Below are positions 18,404-27,709 of a DNA stretch of 36,880 bases, piece after piece. The stretch comes from Candidatus Woesearchaeota archaeon. Its GTDB lineage: Archaea; Nanobdellota; Nanobdellia; SCGC-AAA011-G17; GW2011-AR17. Position 1 is the stretch's first letter. The number at the start of each line of letters is the position of its first letter. A program made the position numbers and the translations under genes. The notes under the pieces were generated by a model. It ran no database searches and was not told the origin of the DNA. It saw only the letters and a program-made list of their open reading frames with translations. The DNA lies in contig SICW01000002.1 in assembly GCA_009691355.1 (NCBI GenBank), positions 1-36,880 of the forward strand, read 5' to 3'.

Positions 18404-19048
18404 ATGGATAAGACATTTTCTTTTGCTGAAGGCATTGAGGCTCTCACAACACGTATTTCTTCCCTTCGTGATACTACTCCTGTTGTTATTGTAGGAGTTG
18501 CAGGTGGATCAGCATCTGGAAAAGGGTATCTTACCAGACAAGTTGAATCTCGGATCAATGGTCTTGTTCCTCTTGCTATTGATCATTACTATTTGGGAAA
18601 AAAGGATATGCCTGATCCGACTAACTATGATAGACCAGATTCACTGGAACTCTCTCTTCTTGTAGAGCATCTTGCTCAGCTTCGTCAAGGAAGGTCAGTA
18701 CAGAGACCACAGTATGATTTTGCAAGTTCTTGCCGTATTGGAACAGAAGAACTTCGTCCAGGCCAAGTTATTTGGGTTGATGGTTTGTTTGCATTACATG
18801 ATACTGTTCGTGATGCTCTTGACATACGAATCTTTGTTGATTCTTCTGAAGAAGAGCGTTTAGCACGTCGAAAGTATAGAGATATTGCTGAAGGAAGAAG
18901 GCCAGTTGGACCTGAAGGCCAAGGCACTGTTGAAGATACCATTACTCGGTACTGGAATGCAATTGTTGAACCTATGTATAGGGAACATATTGCTCCTACA
19001 AAAAGACATGCTCATATTGTTATTACAAACACAGGACTCCCAGTATAG
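18404..19048 (+). CDS. udk: Uridine kinase family protein
   Basis: P-loop GVAGGSASGKG, DHYY, NYDRPDS, PQYDF, IFVD..EERLARR..RD, IAPTKRHA. Confidence 0.85.
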   Translation: MDKTFSFAEGIEALTTRISSLRDTTPVVIVGVAGGSASGKGYLTRQVESRINGLVPLAIDHYYLGKKDMPDPTNYDRPDSLELSLLVEHLAQLRQGRSVQRPQYDFASSCRIGTEELRPGQVIWVDGLFALHDTVRDALDIRIFVDSSEEERLARRKYRDIAEGRRPVGPEGQGTVEDTITRYWNAIVEPMYREHIAPTKRHAHIVITNTGLPV

Positions 19049-19056
19049 GAATTTGT

Positions 19057-19533
19057 ATGATACATCCCCTTCGTTCTTTGAAAAAAATGGTTCTTGATGT
19101 TCGAGATGGGCTTGCTGTAGATGATCTTGTTGTTTGTGCAGATATTACTGAAGTAAAGGCGAAAGAGAGATCCTACCCTTTAGATATAGCTGCAGATTTT
19201 CTTACCTTTGCACTAGCCTATAGACTTGCAAGAGATGAAAAACATAGGGATGTTCCTATCTTTGTAAAAAGGATAAAAACTTTTTCAGGGGATTATGATC
19301 CTTCCCTGCGATTTTTTCCTCGAAAAAATCCTACTGAAGAAGATTCCTTTGAAGAAGCTTGTAAAGGGCAGCTTGCACAGAGAGTGGGTACTTTCATTGC
19401 GAGATATCCTTCTTTTGCTTATGAAAAATCATTTGGAAAGCATTTCCCTTTGGCAAAGTCTATAGATCGTGAAAGCATTATTCAATGGTTTCCAGAAGAC
19501 CAAATCTATGGAGATATTTCCTTTTACGGATAA
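19057..19533 (+). CDS. Hypothetical protein
   Basis: 158-aa ORF directly downstream of udk, filling the gap to the convergent gene. Confidence 0.6.
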   Translation: MIHPLRSLKKMVLDVRDGLAVDDLVVCADITEVKAKERSYPLDIAADFLTFALAYRLARDEKHRDVPIFVKRIKTFSGDYDPSLRFFPRKNPTEEDSFEEACKGQLAQRVGTFIARYPSFAYEKSFGKHFPLAKSIDRESIIQWFPEDQIYGDISFYG

Positions 19534-19534
19534 A

Positions 19535-21232
19535 CTACTTTCTCTTCCTTTCAACTTGTAATATTTTCATGTGCTCTTGTTTAATTCTCAATAAGCCTTT
19601 TTTATTCTCTAAATATTTCCCTAATAACCCCGAAATAATTTCTCCGGATTTTATTGTTGGAACAAGCACATAGTCTGCTCCAGCGTTATAGAGTTCAATT
19701 GCTTCCTCTACAGTTTTTGCAGTAAGTATGACCAAGGCATCAGAACGAATAGCTTTTACATAATTAAGGAGGAAGATATTATCCTGCTCTCTGGATACTG
19801 TAGAAATAACTACTTTTGCAGAGCTGAAATTCACCCTTTTTAGAATTTCTAAGTTGGTAATATCCCCATACATACAAGGAGTCATTTGTTTCTTTAAGGT
19901 TTCAATAATTTCAGGATTAAAATCTATAACCAGAACTTTCTTTTTCAAATGGTGATAGGTCCGTAAAAATGTGCCACCAACACGATTTGCACCAAAAAGA
20001 ATAATCTCAGGATGATCCTTATATTCAAATCCCATTTGTCTTCTTTTCTTAGATAGCCTTTCAAATAGGGAAAGAACTCTCGAAATTCTATTGTATACGA
20101 AGAGCTCGTATTTCATGATGTAGGCTGTTAAGGCTATAGTAATTATTGCCAGTAAAATGGTTAGAGAAAAAAGTTCTTTTGAGATATTATCACCAGTAAG
20201 CACAAGGATTAAACCAAACTCGGATACTTGAGCCATTGCAACAGAAGAGATAAAGGAGTTTCTTTTATCATAACCCAGTAAACTGAGAATCACCATGATA
20301 ATGAGAGGTTTTAAGAGTAGAATTAATGCCAGGAAGATGAAAAAAGGGAGGATAAGGCCAGATACATTTGTGAAAACTAACTGAAGCCCCAGAGAGACAA
20401 AAAAGATTGTTGCAAAGAAATCTTTTAAAGAATTAATACGAGCAACGATATTAAGATTATAAGGTAGGTTTGCTAAAGTGATTCCCCCAAAGAATGCACC
20501 AATTGCAATAGAAAAATCCAGAAGATACGCACCCATAGCAAAAATAAAACAAGTTGCTACAGAAAGTAAAAAAAGAAGCTCACTGGATTTCGCCGCAAAA
20601 CGAAAAATAGGAAAGGCAACAAAACGATTGATAGCAAATGCAATGACCAGAAGGACAGAAAATTTGAGAAGACTCATACCCACCGCTGCAAGGGAAAAAG
20701 AGCCACTATTACCAAGAACCATAAGTACAAGGATGACAATTAAGTCTTGGACGAATAAAATTCCAAGTATAATCCTTCCGTGCAGTGTATTTAATTCATC
20801 CTCATCAAAAAGCAATTTAATCACAATCATTGTACTGGAGAATGCAATCACCAGACCAGCGTACATTGCGTTTGTTGCGTCAAAACCTAACCAAAGAGCA
20901 ATGAAATACCCTGCAATAAAAGTGAGTAGGACTTGGAATACACCTGTAATCACGGTGACAAACCCTAAAGATTTTAATTTCTTTAAGTCCATTTCTAAAC
21001 CGACAATAAAAAGTAAAAATACAATTCCTATTTCTGAAAGATTTTGGATAACATCCACATCTTGGATAATTTTTAAACCCATGGGACCTAGAACAAGACC
21101 GGCAATAATATATGCAGGAATGAGAGGTTGTTTGAATATTTTTGCAATGTATGCAAAGAAGGTTGCAACAATTAAAACAATACCAATGGTAAAGAGAAGA
21201 CTCTGTGGGATATTTTGTAACACCTCTAACAT
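19535..21232 (-). CDS. CPA2 cation:proton antiporter (Kef-type) with TrkA-N domain
   Basis: Multiple TM helices; LFIVGLE, FSSTMIV, GILFVQD, FFVSLG, QVSEFG; C-terminal GANRVG..YGD NAD-binding-like domain. Confidence 0.92.
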   Translation of the reverse strand: MLEVLQNIPQSLLFTIGIVLIVATFFAYIAKIFKQPLIPAYIIAGLVLGPMGLKIIQDVDVIQNLSEIGIVFLLFIVGLEMDLKKLKSLGFVTVITGVFQVLLTFIAGYFIALWLGFDATNAMYAGLVIAFSSTMIVIKLLFDEDELNTLHGRIILGILFVQDLIVILVLMVLGNSGSFSLAAVGMSLLKFSVLLVIAFAINRFVAFPIFRFAAKSSELLFLLSVATCFIFAMGAYLLDFSIAIGAFFGGITLANLPYNLNIVARINSLKDFFATIFFVSLGLQLVFTNVSGLILPFFIFLALILLLKPLIIMVILSLLGYDKRNSFISSVAMAQVSEFGLILVLTGDNISKELFSLTILLAIITIALTAYIMKYELFVYNRISRVLSLFERLSKKRRQMGFEYKDHPEIILFGANRVGGTFLRTYHHLKKKVLVIDFNPEIIETLKKQMTPCMYGDITNLEILKRVNFSSAKVVISTVSREQDNIFLLNYVKAIRSDALVILTAKTVEEAIELYNAGADYVLVPTIKSGEIISGLLGKYLENKKGLLRIKQEHMKILQVERKRK

Positions 21233-21255
21233 TTTTTATTTAATGGATAGAAGAA

Positions 21256-21263
21256 TTTATAAA
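21256..21263. promoter_or_regulatory. Palindromic TATA box shared by the divergent antiporter and DUF488 genes
   Basis: TTTATAAA lies 24 nt from the minus-strand ATG (21232) and 23 nt from the plus-strand ATG (21286). Confidence 0.55.
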
Positions 21264-21285
21264 GGTTTTTAGAACTTTCCGTTTG

Positions 21286-21684
21286 ATGAGCCTTTTTACA
21301 AGCTGTATTCTTTCACCAAGAAAAAAAAGTGATGGAGCACGTATCTCTGTGATGAGTAGGCATACATTGAATGATGGAAAAACTGCTGATCCACGTATTA
21401 CTCTTGCTCAGTATGATGAGTGGCTTGCTATTTTTGGACCTCCCCCACATTTGATTGGAGACTATTATAAAAGAGGACTACCCTGGGAAGGATTTGCAGA
21501 ACAGTATCTTACTTATTTGAGTAAAGGAGATATACCTCATTATGTAGAACTGCTTGCACGAAGAGCATTAGAAGAAAATCTTACTGTCCTTTGTATAGAA
21601 GAAAGACATGAACATTGCCATCGAAGATTGCTTGCAGAAGAATGCAAGTGGCATGCTCCACAACTGCAGATAGAACATCGGTAG
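21286..21684 (+). CDS. DUF488 family protein
   Basis: DGARISVM.R, P...L, W..F...Y..., LC.E....HCHRRLLAE. Confidence 0.75.
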   Translation: MSLFTSCILSPRKKSDGARISVMSRHTLNDGKTADPRITLAQYDEWLAIFGPPPHLIGDYYKRGLPWEGFAEQYLTYLSKGDIPHYVELLARRALEENLTVLCIEERHEHCHRRLLAEECKWHAPQLQIEHR

Positions 21685-21984
21685 TTATTTTTTTATATAA
21701 ATCTCAATTGTAGAAACCCTTATTTGACGTCCTTCTTTGTTTGTGAACTCTTCACTATTAATGAGAACCTTATCTGTCTTTACCTGACTTTCTAGAAATC
21801 GTTTCATAGCCACTTCTGAAATATCTACAGCCTTTGCAATAAACTTCCCACGTGCTTTTACGATGACTTCTTCAGCACCTAGAGAAGTAAATTGTAAAAC
21901 GATGGCCGTAACGTAATTCATAAAATTCTTCTCACCAACAAAAATAATATTATCCTTTTCTTTCTCTTCTGTAGAATCTTCCAT
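21685..21984 (-). CDS. albA: DNA/RNA-binding protein Alba
   Basis: IFVGEKNFMNYV, VIVKARGKFIAKAVDISE, VSTIEI. Confidence 0.93.
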   Translation of the reverse strand: MEDSTEEKEKDNIIFVGEKNFMNYVTAIVLQFTSLGAEEVIVKARGKFIAKAVDISEVAMKRFLESQVKTDKVLINSEEFTNKEGRQIRVSTIEIYIKK

Positions 21985-22032
21985 AGTTTTGGTTATATCC
22001 CTCTAGGCAAAAAACCCTTTGGCTTCTGCTAG

Positions 22033-22221
22033 TTACTCTTCTTTCTTCATTAAATGAGTAATATAACCGGTGAGAACGTTTCGTAGCTTTTTAGAAGGTA
22101 CTTCTACGAACTTAGGAACAATCGCTTTATTCTCTTCAAAAGTAGGTTTAAAACTAGATCGATATTGAGCAACTAATTTATTTCCCACACGCTTAATCAT
22201 AGTTGTTTTGATTCTTCCCAT
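22033..22221 (-). CDS. rps17e: 30S ribosomal protein S17e
   Basis: MGRIKTTMIKR..., FEENK, SKKLRN..GYIT. Confidence 0.93.
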   Translation of the reverse strand: MGRIKTTMIKRVGNKLVAQYRSSFKPTFEENKAIVPKFVEVPSKKLRNVLTGYITHLMKKEE

Positions 22222-22244
22222 TAGGGATTATAATTTAGTTGACG

Positions 22245-22260
22245 TTTATAAATGTTTCGG
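22245..22260 (-). promoter_or_regulatory. BRE-TATA promoter of rps17e (leaderless)
   Basis: Minus strand CCGAAACA-TTTATAAA, ending 24 nt upstream of the ATG. Confidence 0.65.
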
Positions 22261-22262
22261 GC

Positions 22263-23333
22263 TTACTTTTGTTTAATAATCCAGATCTCTCTGAGCATTT
22301 TTGAAGTTGGTGAAGAGTATAGAAATGGGCCTTCGAAAGGGATATGATTTTTTTCTAAAAGAGGAGCAATATTTACCGGTACTTCTTTTCGTGCGGTTGT
22401 TCGAAATCTGGGAGTAATAAAGACAATATTTTTTTTGGTAATCTTTCTTAAGGTTTGTATGGTTTCTTGGTAAAGAGGTAGCAAATTTCTTGCGACGCCC
22501 CTTGCTTTTTGTTCTGAAGGATAGTCTTTTATGAAAGGGCCTAGATAGGGCTCAGTTGCAACACAGTCTACCCTAGATATAAAACGGGTTAATTGACGCG
22601 CATCTGTTTCGATCAATCTATAGCTTGAATGACAGTTATAATGAGCTTTGATAAACTCTAAGTTTTTTTTACTGGCTTCAATACAAAATTTATCATTATC
22701 AGAGCCAATGACATCCATGCCCATGACCATTGCCTCTTGTGCAACGGTGCCTATACCACAAAAAGGGTCTAAAACTGTATCCCCTGGTTTTGCACCTGAG
22801 AGATTTATCAAAATTTTTGCGAGACGGATGGAAATCGTATGTAATGGACGCTGTGCTGGGCGCTTTGTATCACGAAATTTATGATGCTTGGGATTAAAAA
22901 CTGCGAGAGATTTTGCAACATTGCCCTTGTATTGAATAATTTCTACCACATTCTGTGCTTCTGAAGGCGTTAAATAATCTTGTTCTTGGTGATGGGATTT
23001 TTTTATGGTTGCTTTAATTCCTTCCTTTTTGAAATATGCTTTGAGCTCATTCTTAATATCTTCTTCTTCTCCATACTGAGACATTGCATATCTCACCTTA
23101 TTTTTTGTACCAGTATAGAGATTGTCAAAAGAGTCTACAATGAGAGCTATTTTCTGAATACCTCCAAGATCCTCAATCATTTTTTCTGCATTCACATTAT
23201 TCATAGAAAGAATGAGAGCAATATCGGACGTATCAAGAACTTCATATTTGAGATTTCTAGACTCGCAATAGGCAAAAAGCTCCTTTCGTGAAAGCTCTGG
23301 ATCTCTTCCTAGGATAAAAATGTATTTTTGCAT
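22263..23333 (-). CDS. tRNA guanine-N2 methyltransferase, Trm11/TrmG10-like
   Basis: RLAKILINLS, LDPFCGIGT (SAM binding), GSD, DAR, ATEPYLG; N-terminal THUMP-like region. Confidence 0.75.
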   Translation of the reverse strand: MQKYIFILGRDPELSRKELFAYCESRNLKYEVLDTSDIALILSMNNVNAEKMIEDLGGIQKIALIVDSFDNLYTGTKNKVRYAMSQYGEEEDIKNELKAYFKKEGIKATIKKSHHQEQDYLTPSEAQNVVEIIQYKGNVAKSLAVFNPKHHKFRDTKRPAQRPLHTISIRLAKILINLSGAKPGDTVLDPFCGIGTVAQEAMVMGMDVIGSDNDKFCIEASKKNLEFIKAHYNCHSSYRLIETDARQLTRFISRVDCVATEPYLGPFIKDYPSEQKARGVARNLLPLYQETIQTLRKITKKNIVFITPRFRTTARKEVPVNIAPLLEKNHIPFEGPFLYSSPTSKMLREIWIIKQK

Positions 23334-23363
23334 AGAAATTTAGAAGAATGTTTGTTTATAAGG

Positions 23364-24452
23364 CTATTTACTTTCCATAAAAGAGTATCTTCCAAAACTT
23401 TCGTTAAAGGTTGGAAGTTTACCCTTTTTTAAAAGACTTTCATGGACAGCACCCGTTTGTGTTAGCTGCATTTCTGCGTTTTCTTTTGCCTTTCGGTGAG
23501 CATCTTTGATGTCATAAGGTAAACCAAGATAATATCTTAAGAAGGTCCCTAAGAAAGCATCACCTGCACCAGTTGGATCCACTATCTTTAAACCTTCTGT
23601 TGGATCTTGTTTTGAATACAAACTATGATCAGCTGCCTGGGAATCTCTATAATGAATAACAGAACCATCCTTATCTCTTGTTGAAATCATCACTTGTAGA
23701 TTTTTGTATCTAAAAAGACTGGGGATATTTAAACCTAGCTTTCTATTTAACGCTCCGGTTTCAGCACGATTCACTACAAGGATATTGGTCCTCTCAATGA
23801 CAGATTTAAATAAATCCACTCTGGAGCTGTACCTTGGGTCTTGAAGATATGGACCTGGATTATACACCAAAACTCCTTCAGGCTTTACTCTTCTAAATTC
23901 TGTTGCAACTCTTGCTGCTAAGGAAGGCTCTGTAATAGAAAGAACAAGTACATCTTGCCTTACTAAAAAAAGGGAATCGACTTGAATATCTTTAAAGTGT
24001 TCAGAAACCCCATCCTCCCAGGCCATAACTTGTTTTGAAGGATTGCTTCCATCGTATACATATGCGCAGCGTGCAAGGCTTCCTTCAAAATCTCTATCCT
24101 CATCCCTTTTTATGCCTAAAGTACCTAATGCTTTTCTATATTCATTAGAAAATGGATCTGAGCCAAGAATCGTTACTGCAGAAACGTCAAAGGGTAAAGG
24201 ATTATTGCTTGTGTCATCTCTTGCTGCAAGATATTGGCCTACGGTTAATATTGGACCACCAAGCCTTTTTAGAATAGCAGGTCTAGGGTCTTCATCTTCA
24301 ACTTTGCGATATGCACTTAGAATTTGTTCTATATCCATCCCACCACTATATCTTGCAAAACGACTATGAGTCTCTCTAATAAAATGATCTACTGCGCAAT
24401 CTCCTATGATTGCAAGCTTTAATTGTGTGGGTTCTCTCATTTGTAAAACCAT
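23364..24452 (-). CDS. PfkB family carbohydrate/nucleoside kinase
   Basis: GG motif, LGSD, YNPG, VNRAE, and the VDPTGAGDAF signature. Confidence 0.85.
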   Translation of the reverse strand: MVLQMREPTQLKLAIIGDCAVDHFIRETHSRFARYSGGMDIEQILSAYRKVEDEDPRPAILKRLGGPILTVGQYLAARDDTSNNPLPFDVSAVTILGSDPFSNEYRKALGTLGIKRDEDRDFEGSLARCAYVYDGSNPSKQVMAWEDGVSEHFKDIQVDSLFLVRQDVLVLSITEPSLAARVATEFRRVKPEGVLVYNPGPYLQDPRYSSRVDLFKSVIERTNILVVNRAETGALNRKLGLNIPSLFRYKNLQVMISTRDKDGSVIHYRDSQAADHSLYSKQDPTEGLKIVDPTGAGDAFLGTFLRYYLGLPYDIKDAHRKAKENAEMQLTQTGAVHESLLKKGKLPTFNESFGRYSFMESK

Positions 24453-24503
24453 TCTATTGATTTCACTAAAGCAACCCTATAAAAAGTACTCGGTTTCCCC
24501 GAA

Positions 24504-25352
24504 TTAAACCTTCTGGTTGAAGAGTTTTACTTCCTCAAGTACACTCTTTGCAAATTGAGAGTCTTTTACAACGAGTACACGAAATTTTCCTTTTTTCTGT
24601 AAGAGATCAGTAAGATGTTTTAGATCCAAAGATTTTAACTCTTTATGTTTTACAAAAAAATCATTTATCTCTTTGTTAATGATATCATCACCATAAAAAC
24701 TAAAAATAAGGTCTCCCATGATGTTGAGATGCCAATGCAAATGAGCATTTGTTGAATGTATCACTTTGATCCCTATACTCTTCTCAAAGTTTGAACAAAA
24801 CTTATCAATATTGGAGTTAGCACCACAAACCCCATAGATCTCGGACTTTAATTTTGCGACTACTTCTTTCTCACGTAGAGGATACACTAATGGCCACCAA
24901 TTGTGTGTATAATGCATCAGAATTCTCTTCTCTTTTTCAAAGAATTCATTAAAATAATCAATAAGTTCTAAAAAATAATTATCAAGCTGGGCATAGGACT
25001 CAAAATCAAAAGAAAGAGAATCCCCATCGTTTTTTAGCTCCAAGAGTTTGTTAATAGAATGTTTCTTTTGCGAAGTGTAATTTGAAAGAATGAGATCTGA
25101 AAATAGTCCTACCTGTTTAATCCACTCAATATTAAGCAGGTATTTTTTATTCTCACAGATTATGATTTCATCAGTAATGAGATGGTTTAATTCTTTATGC
25201 ACGGATTGATAGGAAACAGATTCATTAAAATTTGCCTTTATTTTTAATTTGAGATCTTTTACGGTTAAAGGGAACTCAGAAGCTAGTAAAACAATAATTT
25301 TCTCTTTGACTGTTTTAGGGATCAGTTTAGGAAGTAGTGCACGGATAATCAT
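24504..25352 (-). CDS. Putative transcriptional regulator, N-terminal winged HTH with a C-terminal sensor-like domain
   Basis: TVKEKIIVLLASEFPLTVKDL...SVSYQSVHKELNHL...YLLN.EWI has a wHTH-like pattern. Confidence 0.6.
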   Translation of the reverse strand: MIIRALLPKLIPKTVKEKIIVLLASEFPLTVKDLKLKIKANFNESVSYQSVHKELNHLITDEIIICENKKYLLNIEWIKQVGLFSDLILSNYTSQKKHSINKLLELKNDGDSLSFDFESYAQLDNYFLELIDYFNEFFEKEKRILMHYTHNWWPLVYPLREKEVVAKLKSEIYGVCGANSNIDKFCSNFEKSIGIKVIHSTNAHLHWHLNIMGDLIFSFYGDDIINKEINDFFVKHKELKSLDLKHLTDLLQKKGKFRVLVVKDSQFAKSVLEEVKLFNQKV

Positions 25353-25465
25353 AGAAGGAGAATATAGGGATTAGAGTATTTAAATGTTTTTATTCTTAAA
25401 CTAAACGGTTTAAAATGACTTTACCCGGGGCTTTAATAAGAAGTTTGCCCAAACCAAATAGGCTC

Positions 25466-25585
25466 ATGAAAAGAAAAAGAACAAAAGGTATCGATTATCT
25501 TTCTCGTAATCAAGTTATTCAAGACTATTTAAGCATTAAGGAAGAAGACTATTCTCAGGGCAGTTTTCTTCAGGGAGCAAGTTAA
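25466..25585 (+). CDS. 39-aa small peptide, absent from the supplied ORF track
   Basis: MKRKRTKGIDYLSRNQVIQDYLSIKEEDYSQGSFLQGAS*. A CTTTAATA box lies ~27 nt upstream, and its TAA overlaps the next ATG (TAATG). Confidence 0.55.
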   Translation: MKRKRTKGIDYLSRNQVIQDYLSIKEEDYSQGSFLQGAS

Positions 25586-25917
25586 TGAATATGCATCTTG
25601 TCATAGAAGAGAACGGATGCAAGGATAAAGAGATCACAGTTTTGGATACACGACTGCCTTATTTTTATGCAAAGGTAAGAGAACTTTTTACTCTAGAACC
25701 AGAAGAAGTACATGTCATTCTTATTGATGATAAACAGAGATTTGCTACATTGAGAGGTGAGGAGAGTGATGATGGTGCTTTTTCTATGGAAAATACCATT
25801 TATATTTATGAACCAAACCAATTTGGTATCGCAACTTCTATTAACCGAGAACACTTCTATGAAGTTCTTTATCAAGAATTAATCTATCTTTTTTATAGAA
25901 CAAATAAAAATTCTTAG
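25585..25917 (+). CDS. Hypothetical protein resembling a degenerate zincin (peptidase MA-like) domain
   Basis: GAF...TIYIY...EVLYQELIYLF, with QELIY at the position where HExxH is expected. Confidence 0.5.
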   Translation: MNMHLVIEENGCKDKEITVLDTRLPYFYAKVRELFTLEPEEVHVILIDDKQRFATLRGEESDDGAFSMENTIYIYEPNQFGIATSINREHFYEVLYQELIYLFYRTNKNS

Positions 25918-26510
25918 TATTTGCTTGCGAGCGTATATACTTCTTCCCAAGAATCAACTCGAGTAATGTTTTTAGGCAACTGAATTGTACTAGATTTATT
26001 CCAAGGGCGATTTAACAAGGCAACCCCTGTATAGTATGAACAATCTAAAGCTTGTTCTAGAGAATCTTCTATATGGAGATCTATTCCCCTTTTCTTACAA
26101 ATCAGCCCCTTTAATTTTTCTGGTCCAGGAAGAAGTTCTCCGGCAAAAAGTACTTGGCCTATGTCTGGAAAGTACTTTCGCATACAAGCCTTTGTCATCT
26201 CTCTTAATGCAGTTGGCCTTCCTGTGAGTATAACAACATGATCCCCCAAGCTAGAAATTCTTTGCACACACTCCTGAGAACCACTCCTTGGGGATATTGC
26301 AGCAAACTCCTCACTTTCATAAAAACGAGTAAGTCTCCCCCAAGCTTCATCTGGAGAGATACGAAGTACTTGGCTTAGGTCATAATAGCGAAACTGCTCA
26401 TAGCGTAAAAATGAATTCCTTCTCTTCCCATGGACCCTATTATGCCAGAGGATAAACTTCTCTGTGTGGTCTAATAAAACATCATCTGCATCAAAGGATA
26501 TACGACTCAT
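25914..26510 (-). CDS. HAD-superfamily 5'(3')-nucleotidase (NT5C-like)
   Basis: FDADDVL, LTGR, K, HIEDS, RPWN, RVDSW. Confidence 0.8.
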   Translation of the reverse strand: MSRISFDADDVLLDHTEKFILWHNRVHGKRRNSFLRYEQFRYYDLSQVLRISPDEAWGRLTRFYESEEFAAISPRSGSQECVQRISSLGDHVVILTGRPTALREMTKACMRKYFPDIGQVLFAGELLPGPEKLKGLICKKRGIDLHIEDSLEQALDCSYYTGVALLNRPWNKSSTIQLPKNITRVDSWEEVYTLASKY

Positions 26511-26663
26511 ATTTGAAGCAATTTTATCCCTGTTTAATAGTGTTTCGCTCTAGATCAAAGCTCTAGACATAGCATTCTTTTTGTTTATTAAGCGCATTTT
26601 CTTAAAAATCCTTGAGGTGATGCGAATATGCGCTAATGACTACAAAATAAAAAACAGTTTTCT

Positions 26664-27653
26664 TTATTTTATCTTTATAAAATTCATCCCTTTAAGATTC
26701 TTTGTCATGTATTCCTTTGCTTTCTTTGTACTCTCACCTGTAGAAAGATACAAAGTTGGAAGCTTGATATTTTGTCCTTCTGTAAACGCAAGTAATAAAT
26801 CTCCCTCACTCAAACTTTTTTTATGCCTTGCTTTCACAAAGTAACAAAGTTCTCCTACTGGTGTGGGAATTTGTACCGTAAAATTGAGTTCTTTATTTTT
26901 TGCAATAACCACTTTATCTACAATCTTAATCTCTTTTTTCTTAAGGTATTGAATCACGATACTCTCAAAACTATCATCTCTATCTTCTTCTACTGCTTTT
27001 TCTTTCTTTCCTTTATCTACAAGTACTTCTTGTAAAAACTTTTTCTTCTTTTTCTTTTCCTTCTCTAGTGGTTTTTCTATCCTTTCTGGAGTCTTTGTTT
27101 CTATCATAACTGACTCTTCTTTCTCTATTTCAGGAATTTGTTCAAGAACTTTTGATACCTGCACAACTGCCTCTTCTTTTTTTGGAGCATAAATCCTTTC
27201 TAAAGATCTTTCAATGAGTTCTTTTGCCTCTGGATCTGGAAGAAGATACCACTTCCAAAAAATTTCTTCTGTATCGTGAATGACTAACTTTACTGGCATG
27301 GCAAAATCTTCTAACTCCCTTAATGCAACACGTTCAAAGGGCAAACAATCACGATCTCTAAGTACTTTTTTTTCTTTGAGGATATCTAATGCTTCACGAG
27401 GCTTTTGACCTAGGTTTCCACGTAATAAATCCACAAGCTTTGCTTCCTGTTCTTTACAATAGTATAAGGGAGAACCACCAATCTTTGCACGAGAGAGCTT
27501 TATTCGTTTATTTGTAATCAACTCTGACAGTAATGCAGATATGAAAATATTTGTAGAACGAAACTCTTTTGCAATCACTGAAGGCAGGATAGGGCCATGA
27601 CTTTGTACATATTCAAACACCCTTTCTTTGAGTTCTAAAATACGATTGGTCAT
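26664..27653 (-). CDS. Conserved hypothetical protein: wHTH-like N-terminus, charged linker, restriction-endonuclease-like C-terminus
   Basis: GPILPS.IAK..SALLSEL..GGSPLYY; C-terminal FE..V..YL..FVKAR.KK..SEGDL. Confidence 0.55.
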   Translation of the reverse strand: MTNRILELKERVFEYVQSHGPILPSVIAKEFRSTNIFISALLSELITNKRIKLSRAKIGGSPLYYCKEQEAKLVDLLRGNLGQKPREALDILKEKKVLRDRDCLPFERVALRELEDFAMPVKLVIHDTEEIFWKWYLLPDPEAKELIERSLERIYAPKKEEAVVQVSKVLEQIPEIEKEESVMIETKTPERIEKPLEKEKKKKKKFLQEVLVDKGKKEKAVEEDRDDSFESIVIQYLKKKEIKIVDKVVIAKNKELNFTVQIPTPVGELCYFVKARHKKSLSEGDLLLAFTEGQNIKLPTLYLSTGESTKKAKEYMTKNLKGMNFIKIK

Positions 27654-27709
27654 AAGCTGTTTTTAGGAAATATGGGTTTAAAAGTTTTTATGTTCTTGAT
27701 TTCAGAAAA

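Noticed and set aside
18316..18558. 80-aa minus-strand ORF ending MAQEGFEPPTPSS
   Set aside because: Shadow ORF antisense to the tRNA and udk.
20478..21272. 264-aa plus-strand ORF
   Set aside because: Antisense shadow of the hydrophobic antiporter gene, with no recognisable motifs.
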